DNA from: Spirochaetia bacterium
GTDB lineage: Bacteria > Spirochaetota > Spirochaetia > CADAEX01
NCBI GenBank assembly: GCA_045606105.1
Contig: JAZURI010000003.1
Location: 96,001-160,000, forward strand
DNA length: 64,000 nucleotides
Direction of reading: 5' to 3'
The notes under the pieces were generated by a model. That model was not told where the DNA came from. It did no database searches and saw only the letters and a list, made by a program, of their open reading frames with translations. A program made the translations under genes and the position numbers. Positions 50,413 through 60,522 of the stretch are shown in pieces (position 1 is the stretch's first letter; every line of letters starts with the position of its first letter).

Positions 50413-50832
50413 ATGGGTGCAATGCATAAGGCAAGGGTTCTTGCATTTCAGATAATTTTCAGCTGGGATTTTGAGAGGCGGGCTGTACCCGAAAATCTTT
50501 TTGACTCGGTAAGGAATCTTTCCAACGAGGAGTTTGATATTGCTTCCGAAACATATGTCAAGCTTACTGTCTGCGGTACTATTGAAAATATCGATAAAAT
50601 AGACAGCATGATCAGGGAGCATCTCCGTAACTGGAAATTCGACCGTATTGCCAAGGTAGATCTGGCTATTCTCCGTCTCAGCGTATACGGGCTTCTTTTC
50701 CAGAAAGATACGGATGGGAAGATTATTATCAATGAGGCCGTGAAGATTGCCCAGGAATACGGAAATGATGATTCCTATAAATTTATAAACGGTCTTCTGG
50801 ATTCTATTTACAAGAAAAATGATAAGACTTAA
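50413..50832 (+). CDS. nusB: Transcription antitermination factor NusB
   Basis: DLAILRL, INEAVKIA, FINGLLD. Confidence 0.95.
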   Translation: MGAMHKARVLAFQIIFSWDFERRAVPENLFDSVRNLSNEEFDIASETYVKLTVCGTIENIDKIDSMIREHLRNWKFDRIAKVDLAILRLSVYGLLFQKDTDGKIIINEAVKIAQEYGNDDSYKFINGLLDSIYKKNDKT

Positions 50833-51565
50833 ATCAAAGAAAGATATTTCCGGTATCAGGGATGCCGGTGCCATTCTTGCAGAAACACTGGACAAGATAA
50901 AAAAAGAGCTTCAGGCTGGAATGAAGACCTCTGACATTGATGATATTGCCAGGGAGTATATCATTTCCAGAAAGGCCAGACCGGCTTGTCTCGGTTATAT
51001 GGGCTATCCTGCCAGTATCTGTGTTTCGGTTAACGAAGAGGTAATCCACGGTATTCCCGGTAAAAGGGTAATCAGGGAAGGTGATATTGTAAGCTGCGAT
51101 CTCTGTGTGGATCTCAAAGGTTATATTGCTGACAGTACCGTTACCATTCCTGTTGGAAAAATCTCTCCTCAGGCCGAAAAGCTTCTTAAGGTTACCGAAG
51201 AGTCCCTTTATCTGGGTATCGAGAAGGCAGTGGCCGGAAATCGTGTCATGGATATTTCCAGATCGGTTTTCATTCATGCCAAGAAACATGATTTAGGTGT
51301 TGTTCGTGATTACTGCGGTCACGGAGTAGGCTTTGATATGCATGAGGAGCCTGCTGTTCCCAACTACATTTTCAGAGGGGCAAATCCTCATCTCAGGGAA
51401 GGAATGGTTATTGCCATCGAGCCTATGATTACATTGGGATGTGACGATATTGATGTTCTTGATGATGACTGGACCGTAGTTACAGCTGACGGTTCCCTTG
51501 CAGCTCATTTTGAACATACCGTAGCCATCCACGACGGTTATGCCGAAATACTTACAAAACTATGA
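50819..51565 (+). CDS. map: Methionine aminopeptidase type I
   Basis: SVNEEVIHGIP, GHGVG...HEEP, AIEPM, HFEHT. Confidence 0.97.
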   Translation: MIRLKSKKDISGIRDAGAILAETLDKIKKELQAGMKTSDIDDIAREYIISRKARPACLGYMGYPASICVSVNEEVIHGIPGKRVIREGDIVSCDLCVDLKGYIADSTVTIPVGKISPQAEKLLKVTEESLYLGIEKAVAGNRVMDISRSVFIHAKKHDLGVVRDYCGHGVGFDMHEEPAVPNYIFRGANPHLREGMVIAIEPMITLGCDDIDVLDDDWTVVTADGSLAAHFEHTVAIHDGYAEILTKL

Positions 51566-52167
51566 AAGAATTCCTCGATTACTATGTTGTCAGAAACAAT
51601 GCCATAAAGCTTGCTCACAGGATGTTCAGTGAGGGCTTTGTTCCCGATATCATCTATGTACCTCTCAGAGGAGGTGCCTATCTGGGAAATGTCATCAGCG
51701 AATACTACAAGATAGCTCTCAGGAATACAGACCATAAGCCGGTCCGTTATGCTGCTCTGGTGGCAGGCTCCTATTCCGGAGTAAAGAACCACGGCGATGT
51801 TGTTATACAGGGCTGGACCTATCCGCCCGAAAAAGTGAATCCTGACGAAAAGATTCTTTTTGTGGATGATATCTTTGATTCCGGAAGGACCATCAATTTC
51901 ATTATAAAGCATCTTATTTCTCTGGGGCTGAAACGGGAAAATATCGTCATTGCTGTCCATGACTACAAGATTCAGGAATATAAGAACGAAATGCCTGAAA
52001 TTCTTCCCGACTATTACTGCAGAAAGCATGTCATCAAGAGGGAAGAGGACGAAATCTGGATCAATTATCAGAGCCACGAGCTTGTGGGGCTTTCAAAGGA
52101 TGAGCTTGAAAACCATTTCTATAATGAAGATCCTACTCTCCGGGAAGCTCTTTCGATTCTGGAATAA
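51562..52167 (+). CDS. Phosphoribosyltransferase
   Basis: LRGG and FVDDIFDSGRT PRPP-binding loop. Confidence 0.88.
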   Translation: MKEFLDYYVVRNNAIKLAHRMFSEGFVPDIIYVPLRGGAYLGNVISEYYKIALRNTDHKPVRYAALVAGSYSGVKNHGDVVIQGWTYPPEKVNPDEKILFVDDIFDSGRTINFIIKHLISLGLKRENIVIAVHDYKIQEYKNEMPEILPDYYCRKHVIKREEDEIWINYQSHELVGLSKDELENHFYNEDPTLREALSILE

Positions 52168-53507
52168 ACCATTTTTTTCATCGTGATTATGAAGCACACA
52201 TACAGGGCCAGGAAGGTTATGGTCCAGGATATGCTGTATACTGCATAAATTGTCTCCAGCTTATGGAATGCCGGTATCTGAAACACGGTAAAAACCCAGA
52301 GAATCCTGAAGGCACAGGCTCCCAGCAGCGATGTTACGGTAGGGATTATGGAGTGGCCCATTCCCCTCAGTGTACCTGATATGATTTCCATCATTCCACA
52401 CAGGAAATAAGGAAGACAGAGATATTTCAATCTCATCATTGCAGATGATATTACATCCGGATCTGTGGAATAGAGTCCTGCTATCTCGTTTCCGAAGAAT
52501 ACCACCGCCCCTCCCACCGAGGCACCTGTCACTATTACACAGGCCAGAGCCGTAAGCTGTACCCTGATTATCCTTCTGAAGTTTCCGGCTCCCATGTTCT
52601 GGCCCGTAAAGGAGATGGTGGCCTGATAGAAGGCGTTCATGGCAAAATAGACAATATATTCGATATTCATGGCAGCTGCGTTTCCTGCCACCACTATTGC
52701 TCCGAAAAGATTGATTGAGGAGAGGATAACCACATTGGAGAGGGAAAATACCATGCCCTGGATTCCGGCCGGTATTCCTGTTCTCATTATCATGTAAAGC
52801 TGGGCTCTGTGGAATCTGATTCTGCTGATAACCAGGTTTACGGCTCCTTTGTCCCTGATCATGCAGCTGACTATGAGACAGCTGGCTACAGCCTGGGAAA
52901 TGACTGTGGCCAGGGCAACTCCTGCCACATCCCACCTGAACTTTATTACGAAAAGCAGGTTGAAAAGAACATTGATGATTCCGGCAATGATAAGGAACAT
53001 GAGAGGTCTTCTGGTATCGCCTACAGCTCTCAGCACAGCGCTTCCGAAATTATATACGATGGTGGCTATTATTCCGAGGAAATAGATACGGAGATAGAGG
53101 GTTGCAAGATCGAGAATCTCTTCCGGAGTGCTCATCCATATGAGAAAAATCCTGGCAAACAGCGTACCGAAAACGGTAAGTATGATACCGCCCGCAATAC
53201 TGAGGGCCATGGTGGTATGTATTGTCCTGCTGAGCTCTTCACTCTTTCTTGCGCCGTAATATCTTGCAGTGACTATATTTGCACCGATGGAGAGACCTAC
53301 GAACAGATTGACCATCAGGTTTATGAGGGAGGAATTGGCACCTACGGCTGCCAGGGAATTGCTTCCTGCAAAGCGTCCTACCACTATGATGTCGGTGGCA
53401 GTGAAGAGTAACTGAAGGATGGATGAACACATCAACGGTAAAGCAAACAGGATTATTTTCTTTAAAATCGGACCATTGCACATGTCGATTTCATAACTTT
53501 TTCCCAT
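52119..53507 (-). CDS. MATE family efflux transporter
   Basis: DIIVVGRF, RAVGDTRRP, LRGMG; multi-TM. Confidence 0.92.
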   Translation of the reverse strand: MGKSYEIDMCNGPILKKIILFALPLMCSSILQLLFTATDIIVVGRFAGSNSLAAVGANSSLINLMVNLFVGLSIGANIVTARYYGARKSEELSRTIHTTMALSIAGGIILTVFGTLFARIFLIWMSTPEEILDLATLYLRIYFLGIIATIVYNFGSAVLRAVGDTRRPLMFLIIAGIINVLFNLLFVIKFRWDVAGVALATVISQAVASCLIVSCMIRDKGAVNLVISRIRFHRAQLYMIMRTGIPAGIQGMVFSLSNVVILSSINLFGAIVVAGNAAAMNIEYIVYFAMNAFYQATISFTGQNMGAGNFRRIIRVQLTALACVIVTGASVGGAVVFFGNEIAGLYSTDPDVISSAMMRLKYLCLPYFLCGMMEIISGTLRGMGHSIIPTVTSLLGACAFRILWVFTVFQIPAFHKLETIYAVYSISWTITFLALYVCFIITMKKMVYSRIERASRRVGSSL

Positions 53508-53579
53508 AAGAAAATTTTCCAACTAACTTTCTGATTTGTCAATAGTTGTATAATAAAGTATTTGATGATATTTTAAGGT

Positions 53580-54341
53580 ATGGAAAAATATGCTGTTGTC
53601 GGCAGCGGCTCTTGTGGTAATTCATACATTTTCAAAACGGCGGAGTCAGGCTTTGTTGTGGATAACGGCTATTCCTTTTCAGAATTTTCCCGCCGTATAA
53701 AGTCCATGGATTTTGATATCAGAGATATAAGATACATTTTTCTTACCCATAATCACAAGGATCATATATCAGGTATGGAAATTCTTTCCAGAAAGCTGCA
53801 GATTCCGGTTTTCGTAGCTGAAAATCTTGATCTTTCAAGCAGTCTTAAGGAGGGCTTTTTCAGGACTGTAGAGGTCACTCCGGGCAATACCTACAGGGTG
53901 GACGATTTTACATTTACCGTTTTTTCCACTACTCATGATGCACCCTGTTCCGTGGGATACAGCTTTGCCACATCGGAATCCAGATATACTATAATTACAG
54001 ATACGGGAAAAACCTCCGAGCTCATGAGAAGCCTTGCGGATCAGTCAGATGTGCTTTTCCTGGAGGCAAACTATTGTCCCGAGATGCTGAAAAAAGGTCC
54101 CTATCCCTATTTCCTGAAAAAAAGGATTTTTTCGGATCACGGCCATCTTTCAAACCATGATGCGGTCGATTTTATCAAAAAACTTGATTCAGGTAAAAAA
54201 AGAAGTATATACTTATGTCATATATCAGATAAGAATAATTCTCCCGAAAGGGTAAAGGAAGTCTTTGACTCTGAATTTTCGGGAGATCTGGATTATCATA
54301 TTTGTAAACGAGGTATTCCCGTTTTGGGAAAAAGGAGTTGA
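53580..54341 (+). CDS. MBL-fold metallo-hydrolase (YycJ-like)
   Basis: GSGSCGN, THNHKDH, THDA, GHLSN. Confidence 0.9.
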   Translation: MEKYAVVGSGSCGNSYIFKTAESGFVVDNGYSFSEFSRRIKSMDFDIRDIRYIFLTHNHKDHISGMEILSRKLQIPVFVAENLDLSSSLKEGFFRTVEVTPGNTYRVDDFTFTVFSTTHDAPCSVGYSFATSESRYTIITDTGKTSELMRSLADQSDVLFLEANYCPEMLKKGPYPYFLKKRIFSDHGHLSNHDAVDFIKKLDSGKKRSIYLCHISDKNNSPERVKEVFDSEFSGDLDYHICKRGIPVLGKRS

Positions 54342-54901
54342 TCATGGATAAAAGAATTCTTGTTCTTCTTGCAGAGGGCTGCGAGGAAATGGAGGTTGTG
54401 ATTCCTTCCGATCTGGCTGTAAGGGCAGGTCTTGATGTTGTAATGGCAGGAATAGAAGGAATCGATATAACAGGTTCCCACGGGATTTCCCTTATTGCAG
54501 ATTGCGAGATCGTTGATATTGCAGATGAAATCTTTGATGCCGTAATCATTCCGGGAGGAATGCCGGGTGCCGAGAACATTGCAAACAATGAGGTTGCCAT
54601 GGAGGTAATCCAGAGGCATGCAGACAAGGAGAAGCTTATCTGTGCCATCTGTGCCGCGCCCGGTGTAGTTCTGGGAGATACCAGAATTCTTGATGACCGT
54701 ATGGTTACCTGCTATCCAGGCTTTGAAAAGCATTTCAACCGTACTGTAACCTATATCGAGGATAAGGTTGCTGTCAGCGGAAATGTCATTACTGCAAAGG
54801 GCCCGGGAGCAGCTTTCCTGTTCGGCCGTGAAATTCTCAAGGCTCTTCTGGGAGAGGTTGTGGCAGACAAGGTTCTGCAGGGAACTTTCTATTCATGCTG
54901 A
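54338..54901 (+). CDS. DJ-1/PfpI (YajL-like) protein
   Basis: GCEEME, PGGMPG, AICAAP. Confidence 0.92.
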   Translation: MIMDKRILVLLAEGCEEMEVVIPSDLAVRAGLDVVMAGIEGIDITGSHGISLIADCEIVDIADEIFDAVIIPGGMPGAENIANNEVAMEVIQRHADKEKLICAICAAPGVVLGDTRILDDRMVTCYPGFEKHFNRTVTYIEDKVAVSGNVITAKGPGAAFLFGREILKALLGEVVADKVLQGTFYSC

Positions 54902-56334
54902 GTATAAACGGCAAAAGCTTTTATCTTGTTGGGATAAAGGGTACAGGGCTTTCTGCCTTTGCCGAGCTTCTGCTTAAATCGGGAGCCAAGGTTACGGGAA
55001 GCGACACAGCGGAGAAATTCTATACCGACGAGGTGCTCCGTTCCCAGGGGATAAGCTTCAGGGAGGGTTTTTCTTCCGAAAATATCCCTGCCGGTATCGA
55101 TTATGTAATTTATTCCTCTGCCTATAATCCGGCTGAGAATCCTGACCTTGCGGAAGCGGTCAGGAGAGGTATTCCCATTATGGAGTACACAAAGGCACTG
55201 GGGGCTTTTTCTGAGGCTTACGATGCCGGGGGAATTGCCGGTGTCCATGGCAAGACTACAACAACTGCAATTACTGGAACACTGCTGAAGGCCCTTGATG
55301 CACCGGCTGCAGTTCTGGCCGGTTCTGCGGTATCCAACTTCGACGGCCGTTCCACCTTTGTGAACGGAAACCGTTTTTTTGTGGCTGAAACCTGCGAATA
55401 CAAGCGCCATTTCATGTCATTCCGGCCGTCCAGGATAATAGTTACAAGCATCGAGCCGGATCACCTGGATTTCTTTCCCACATATGCCGATATTTTCAGC
55501 GCATTTGTGGATTATGCCTTGCTGCTGCCGGAAAACGGGGAGCTGATTTACTGTGCCGATGACAGCGGATGCCGTGAGCTGGCTGCCGTTATCAGGGAAA
55601 AAAGAGCCGATATAGTACAGATTCCTTACGGATTCACTGCAGAAGGGGATTACAGGATTACATCTTCCGGAATCAGGGAAAGCCGTAACTGCTTTACATT
55701 GGCAGGCTTTGATACGGAATTTGCCCTGAGGATACCGGGAGAGCATATTGTTCTTGATTCTGCCGCCGCATTGGCCATGACAGTTTCCATCCTTAAGAAA
55801 TGGAAAGGGGAGCCGGGGACAGAGGAACTGGAAAAAATAAGGAACGGCTTTGAGGAGTTCAGAGGAAGCAAGAGACGCAGCGAAATTCTCGGTACTGCCG
55901 GAGGAATCCTGTTCATGGACGATTATGCCCATCATCCCACAGCCATAAGACTGACACTTGAGGGAATCAGGAGCTTTTATCCGGGAAGGAAGCTGGTGGT
56001 GGATTTCATGTCCCATACCTATTCCAGGACCGAAGGACTTCTTGAGGAATTTGCCTCTTCTTTCGGGGCTGCGGATGAGGTTATCCTGAACAATATATAT
56101 GCTTCGGCCCGTGAAAGGAATACGGATTCCGATCTGGACAGCCGTTTTTACCGGGCCCTGTGCCGGAATCACAATAATGTAAAGTATTTTCCGAAGCCTG
56201 CCGACGGCTTTGATTATCTTAAAACACATTTACAAAGGGACCACATATTCATTACTATGGGTGCTGGAGATAACTGGACTGTGGGAAAAATGCTGTATGA
56301 CTATTTTTCCTGCAAAAAAGAGGCTTTAACATGA
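54895..56334 (+). CDS. murC: UDP-N-acetylmuramate--L-alanine ligase
   Basis: GIKGTGLS, GVHGKTTTT, DDYAHHP, HTYSRT, MGAG. Confidence 0.95.
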   Translation: MLSINGKSFYLVGIKGTGLSAFAELLLKSGAKVTGSDTAEKFYTDEVLRSQGISFREGFSSENIPAGIDYVIYSSAYNPAENPDLAEAVRRGIPIMEYTKALGAFSEAYDAGGIAGVHGKTTTTAITGTLLKALDAPAAVLAGSAVSNFDGRSTFVNGNRFFVAETCEYKRHFMSFRPSRIIVTSIEPDHLDFFPTYADIFSAFVDYALLLPENGELIYCADDSGCRELAAVIREKRADIVQIPYGFTAEGDYRITSSGIRESRNCFTLAGFDTEFALRIPGEHIVLDSAAALAMTVSILKKWKGEPGTEELEKIRNGFEEFRGSKRRSEILGTAGGILFMDDYAHHPTAIRLTLEGIRSFYPGRKLVVDFMSHTYSRTEGLLEEFASSFGAADEVILNNIYASARERNTDSDLDSRFYRALCRNHNNVKYFPKPADGFDYLKTHLQRDHIFITMGAGDNWTVGKMLYDYFSCKKEALT

Positions 56335-57197
56335 AAAGTATGACTGGGTACAGCTTCGGTGAATTTCAGGATGAAACCATCAAGCTGGCTGCTGAACTTA
56401 AATCCTATAACAACCGTTTTCTTGACATAAACGTAAATGCTCCCTCATCGCTTCAGGGTTGTGAGAATGCCATAAGAAAATTTCTTGGAGAAAGGATTGC
56501 CCGCGGAAAGATTGAATTTTATCTCAAGATAAAGGAGCTTAAATCCGATGTTGCCATTCAGGTTGATGAAAATGCAGTAAGAGGTTATGTGGATGCAATC
56601 AACAGGGTGCGTGAGATTGCCGGAATCAAGGAAGAGATAAAGATTTCCAACATAATCAGGGAGGAGGGTGTTCTGTGCAGGAACAGCGAACCGGATCCCG
56701 AAATCTATGACAAATATGTTCTTCCGCTCCTTAACAAGGTTTTTGCAGGCTATGAGGCCACATGTATTGCCGAGGGGGAAAATACGAAGAAGGATATTCT
56801 CCGTCATCTTGCGGTGATTGAAGAAAACGTAAGCCGGGTAGAGGCCTGTGCCGGGCGTTTTGAGGAGCTTATAAAGAAAAATATTCAGGAGCGGTTCTAT
56901 CAGCTTCTGGGAGACAATGCGGACGAAGGTAGGGTTTATGCCGAAACTGCCGTCATGCTGGTAAAATATACAATCAACGAGGAGCTGGTGAGGCTCAGAT
57001 CCCATCTTCAGGCCTTCCATGAAGCAGTGGAGTCGGATGAGCCGGTGGGAAAGAAGCTGGATTTCATCTGTCAGGAGCTGAACCGGGAAATAAATACCAT
57101 CGGTTCCAAGAGCATGATGGTGGAAATCGACCAGTCTGTTATCAATCTCAAGGATGCCCTTGAAAATATTCGTGAACAAGTGAGGAATGTTGTCTGA
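56331..57197 (+). CDS. YicC/YloC family endoribonuclease
   Basis: SMTGY, KSYNNRFLD, QELNREINTIGSK. Confidence 0.93.
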   Translation: MKSMTGYSFGEFQDETIKLAAELKSYNNRFLDINVNAPSSLQGCENAIRKFLGERIARGKIEFYLKIKELKSDVAIQVDENAVRGYVDAINRVREIAGIKEEIKISNIIREEGVLCRNSEPDPEIYDKYVLPLLNKVFAGYEATCIAEGENTKKDILRHLAVIEENVSRVEACAGRFEELIKKNIQERFYQLLGDNADEGRVYAETAVMLVKYTINEELVRLRSHLQAFHEAVESDEPVGKKLDFICQELNREINTIGSKSMMVEIDQSVINLKDALENIREQVRNVV

Positions 57198-57718
57198 TGA
57201 TAATTGCAATTTCAGGAAAAAGCGGATGCGGTAATACTACCGTAAGTACAATGCTTGCAGAAAAGCTTAATCTTACCTTGGTGAATTATACATTCAGGAA
57301 TCTGGCACAGGATACGGGAAAGGATTTCAAGGAAATCTGTCAGGCTGCAAAGAGCGATCCCTCCTACGACCGTTATATAGATAATCATCAGGTGGAGCTT
57401 GCCGAGAAGGGAAACTGTGTTCTTGGTTCAAGGCTTGCAATCTGGATGGTAAAGAAGGCTGATCTCAAGGTTTTTCTTACAGCCTCCACCGAGACAAGGG
57501 TAGGGAGAATCCACAACAGGGAGGGTGGTGATATCAATGATGTCCGTGAGGCCACAATCCGCAGGGATGCTTCCGATTCAGCCCGTTATATGGAGCTTTA
57601 TTCCATTGACAACAGCAAATATGATTTTGCCGATCTGGTGGTGGATACCGAAAAGTACAGACCGGAACAGATAGTTGAACTGATAATCGAAGAGCTTAAA
57701 AAAAGAAATATCAGCTGA
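57197..57718 (+). CDS. cmk: Archaeal-type cytidylate kinase
   Basis: ISGKSGCGNTT, SRLAIW, RY..LYSID. Confidence 0.82.
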   Translation: MIIAISGKSGCGNTTVSTMLAEKLNLTLVNYTFRNLAQDTGKDFKEICQAAKSDPSYDRYIDNHQVELAEKGNCVLGSRLAIWMVKKADLKVFLTASTETRVGRIHNREGGDINDVREATIRRDASDSARYMELYSIDNSKYDFADLVVDTEKYRPEQIVELIIEELKKRNIS

Positions 57719-58706
57719 AAGGGGAGATTACCCTTATTCCCGGAAACATTCCGGTTATGACATTTTCGTCTTTTTTCTCGAAAATAAGCTTTACATTGGC
57801 TCCTGCATCAATGGTCACATAGCAGGAGAGACCCTCGTTTCTTGCTTTTGAAACAGCTTTGATTACAGCCAGAGTTTCAGGTTCCCAGTATATGAGAGGC
57901 GGATTTGAGGAAAGCATGCATGCATGCATGGAAAGGGCATTGTTTTCAGAGGTTTTTCCAAGCAGCTCAAAATTCTTTTCATTCAGGGCCTTCAGAATAA
58001 GCTCCATATCTCTTTCAACCTGGGAAGGCCATCTTTCGTAAAGGATTGATGTGCCGGCTGTATGTTCCATTCCCTTTCCGGAGCTCATGCATTTTTTTTC
58101 CGACGAAACAGTAACCAGTCCCAGCCTCAGCTCAGGCCATTCATAAGGGAGCTTTTCCGAGAAGGCATCCATTCCGTCAATCCTCTGTCCCCGATGGTTA
58201 TAAACAAATCCTGTAAAAATACTTCTTGAAGCACTGCGGCTCCCTATTCCGGCCAGCATTGAAAGCTCCCTGCTTCCCAGACCGTATCCGTAAAAGCTGT
58301 CCAGCGCCAATGTCAGTGCGGCAAAGCCTGAGGCTGAGGAGGCTGCTCCGGCTGCAGTAGGTATATTGTTTTCAGTAGCAATTTCCAGGGCAGGTCCTTT
58401 GTCCGGTTTCATGAGAGCGGCAAATCTGTTTATTTTTTCTGCAAAAGGGGAATCTGCCGGAAGCCGGGATCCGTTGAATATGATTATGTTTTCCTTGCCT
58501 GGTGCAGCCTTGACCGATGTTAATGTTCCGCAGTTTCCCATGGATACAGAAAGGCTGTCGGTGAGGGGCAGATTCAGCTCCTTGTCCCTTTTTCCCCAAT
58601 ATTTGCAGAGTGCTATGTTGGCAGGGGCAAAGGCTTCCGATTGGTTCTGTATATCAGCTTTCTTTCCATTGATTATTTTTTCGGCATATTCCTTTCTTGT
58701 CAGCAT
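57711..58706 (-). CDS. mvaD: Diphosphomevalonate decarboxylase
   Basis: NIALCKYWGK, PTAAGAASSAS, DAGANVK; start at MLTRK. Confidence 0.93.
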   Translation of the reverse strand: MLTRKEYAEKIINGKKADIQNQSEAFAPANIALCKYWGKRDKELNLPLTDSLSVSMGNCGTLTSVKAAPGKENIIIFNGSRLPADSPFAEKINRFAALMKPDKGPALEIATENNIPTAAGAASSASGFAALTLALDSFYGYGLGSRELSMLAGIGSRSASRSIFTGFVYNHRGQRIDGMDAFSEKLPYEWPELRLGLVTVSSEKKCMSSGKGMEHTAGTSILYERWPSQVERDMELILKALNEKNFELLGKTSENNALSMHACMLSSNPPLIYWEPETLAVIKAVSKARNEGLSCYVTIDAGANVKLIFEKKDENVITGMFPGIRVISPFS

Positions 58707-59611
58707 GTACAGATTCCCTCCTTTGTTATCCTGACCGGAATGTTCAGGAAACCCTCCGGCTTTTTTTCGGGTATTCCCAGCGACAGGACACAATCTCCCA
58801 GACCTGAGCCTGAAATCTTTGCTCCGAGTACATTTCTCTCTTTTCTGAGAGCTTCCGTCATGGTTCTGAGCGTATCATCGCAGACTCCCAGTTCCTCCAT
58901 AAGGGCATTATATTCATCAAAAAGCTTTCCTGTAAGGAAAAAATCCCCTTTTTCCAGGGCAATGGCTGTCTTTTCCGAAACAGAACCCATTTTCCTGTAC
59001 AGCATTTCATATTTTTCCGGATCAGCTTCCGCTTTTTTGTTTACCAGGGCAATGACCTCAGGGGTTTTCATTTTATATCCTGAATAATAGAGATCTATTT
59101 CAGGAAACCAGGCGCAGGGCAATGGAGAAGGTTTTCCGTCCATTTTTATGATACCTCCGAAAACAGAGGCTGCCAGATCGCTTCCGCTTCCTGTTTTCTG
59201 TACACATCGGACCACATCAAGGGCCTGTCTGAAAAGCTCGGAATCAGATAATTCTTTTTCGTATAATAAGTTAAGAGCCTTGCAGATGCTGACTGTAACA
59301 GCGGCTGATGAGCCGAGGCCTGTTTTATGGGAAAACTGGGATTCCGTAGAAATTTTTATTCCGTACTGTGGATTGAAGTTTCTTACAGCTTCGGTGATAA
59401 ATGTGAAATCGGTGCTTCTGACAGGACTGTCCAGATCTGCTTCATAGTTTCCCAAGGCAGATTCTATAATCAGCTTTCTCTTGTTCAGGAGCTCTCCCTT
59501 CAGAAAAATCCTTTTGTCAACGGCACAGGCACAGGCTGAATATCCGTGAAGCACCGCATGCTCCCCGGTCAGCATGAGAGAGCCGGGAGCTGAAACCCTT
59601 ACAACAGACAT
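58700..59611 (-). CDS. GHMP kinase, probable phosphomevalonate kinase
   Basis: APGSLMLTGEHAV, GLGSSAA, GSGSDLA, KISGSGLGDC; position in operon. Confidence 0.8.
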   Translation of the reverse strand: MSVVRVSAPGSLMLTGEHAVLHGYSACACAVDKRIFLKGELLNKRKLIIESALGNYEADLDSPVRSTDFTFITEAVRNFNPQYGIKISTESQFSHKTGLGSSAAVTVSICKALNLLYEKELSDSELFRQALDVVRCVQKTGSGSDLAASVFGGIIKMDGKPSPLPCAWFPEIDLYYSGYKMKTPEVIALVNKKAEADPEKYEMLYRKMGSVSEKTAIALEKGDFFLTGKLFDEYNALMEELGVCDDTLRTMTEALRKERNVLGAKISGSGLGDCVLSLGIPEKKPEGFLNIPVRITKEGICTC

Positions 59612-60522
59612 TCCACCCCTCCGTCGTGAATCCTCACATTGAAAATTGTGTATCCGGCCCTGTCACAGAGCTCTTTAAGCTGCAAACCTCTGTCCCCCAT
59701 ACCGAAAACCAGCCCGATTCCGGCACCGGTTCCTCTTATTGCTCCGGCTCCGCTTATCTTGAATGCACCACCCAGGGCTTCCACCTTTCTTGAGAATTCG
59801 GCAACGGGAGCCGGTACTACCCCGATTTTCTCCAGGAGCCGTTCATTTTCCGTTATGCTTTTCAGGAGCAGGGCTTCGTCGTTTTCCTGCAGGGCTGTCT
59901 CTATGTTTTTTTCTGCTTCGGTAAATTTCTGAAGAAGCTCAGGTGTAAACAGCTTTTTTGTATGGCTGACTGCCTCACCGGTGGTACAGGAGGGTCTGCC
60001 GGTAAAGATTATCGAAAATTCTGGTCCGTTCCCAAGGGTAATGGCAGGTCCGGGAAGTATTTTCCCCTTTTCCAGCTTTACCGTTCCCCCTGAAATGACG
60101 GCAGCAGGATCAAGTCCGCTGGAAGTGCCGTGTACCAGGTTTTCGCAGTCCCGGATGACTTCAACCATTTCATTTTTAGGTATTCTGATACCGTGAAGAA
60201 TACAAAGACCGGCAAATACCGATGTTATGGCAGCGGCCGAGGAGCCCATTCCCGAGCCGGTGGGGACAGAGGATGATATTTCCATATCAGCCCCTTTTGT
60301 CAGTCCGAATCTTTCTTCAAACTTCCTGACGGCATAATAAAGGGGATCGGTATTTTCATTTTCTTTTGATTTTATAGAAATATTTTTTCCGTTATTTTCT
60401 CTTATATGATTTTCCACATAGAGAGTACATGCCGCAGCCAGGGCAGGTGCACCCATGACAACAGCGTGTTCACCTGATATTATAACTTTTCCGGGAACCT
60501 TTATTCTGTACTCTGCTGGCAT
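59599..60522 (-). CDS. mvk: Mevalonate kinase
   Basis: PGKVIISGEHAV, PTGSGMGSSAA, HGTSSGLD, KISGAG. Confidence 0.85.
   Translation of the reverse strand: MPAEYRIKVPGKVIISGEHAVVMGAPALAAACTLYVENHIRENNGKNISIKSKENENTDPLYYAVRKFEERFGLTKGADMEISSSVPTGSGMGSSAAAITSVFAGLCILHGIRIPKNEMVEVIRDCENLVHGTSSGLDPAAVISGGTVKLEKGKILPGPAITLGNGPEFSIIFTGRPSCTTGEAVSHTKKLFTPELLQKFTEAEKNIETALQENDEALLLKSITENERLLEKIGVVPAPVAEFSRKVEALGGAFKISGAGAIRGTGAGIGLVFGMGDRGLQLKELCDRAGYTIFNVRIHDGGVECLL

Noticed and set aside
55417-57209. Long minus-strand ORFs (270 and 254 aa)
   Set aside because: Antisense shadows of murC and the yicC-family gene.
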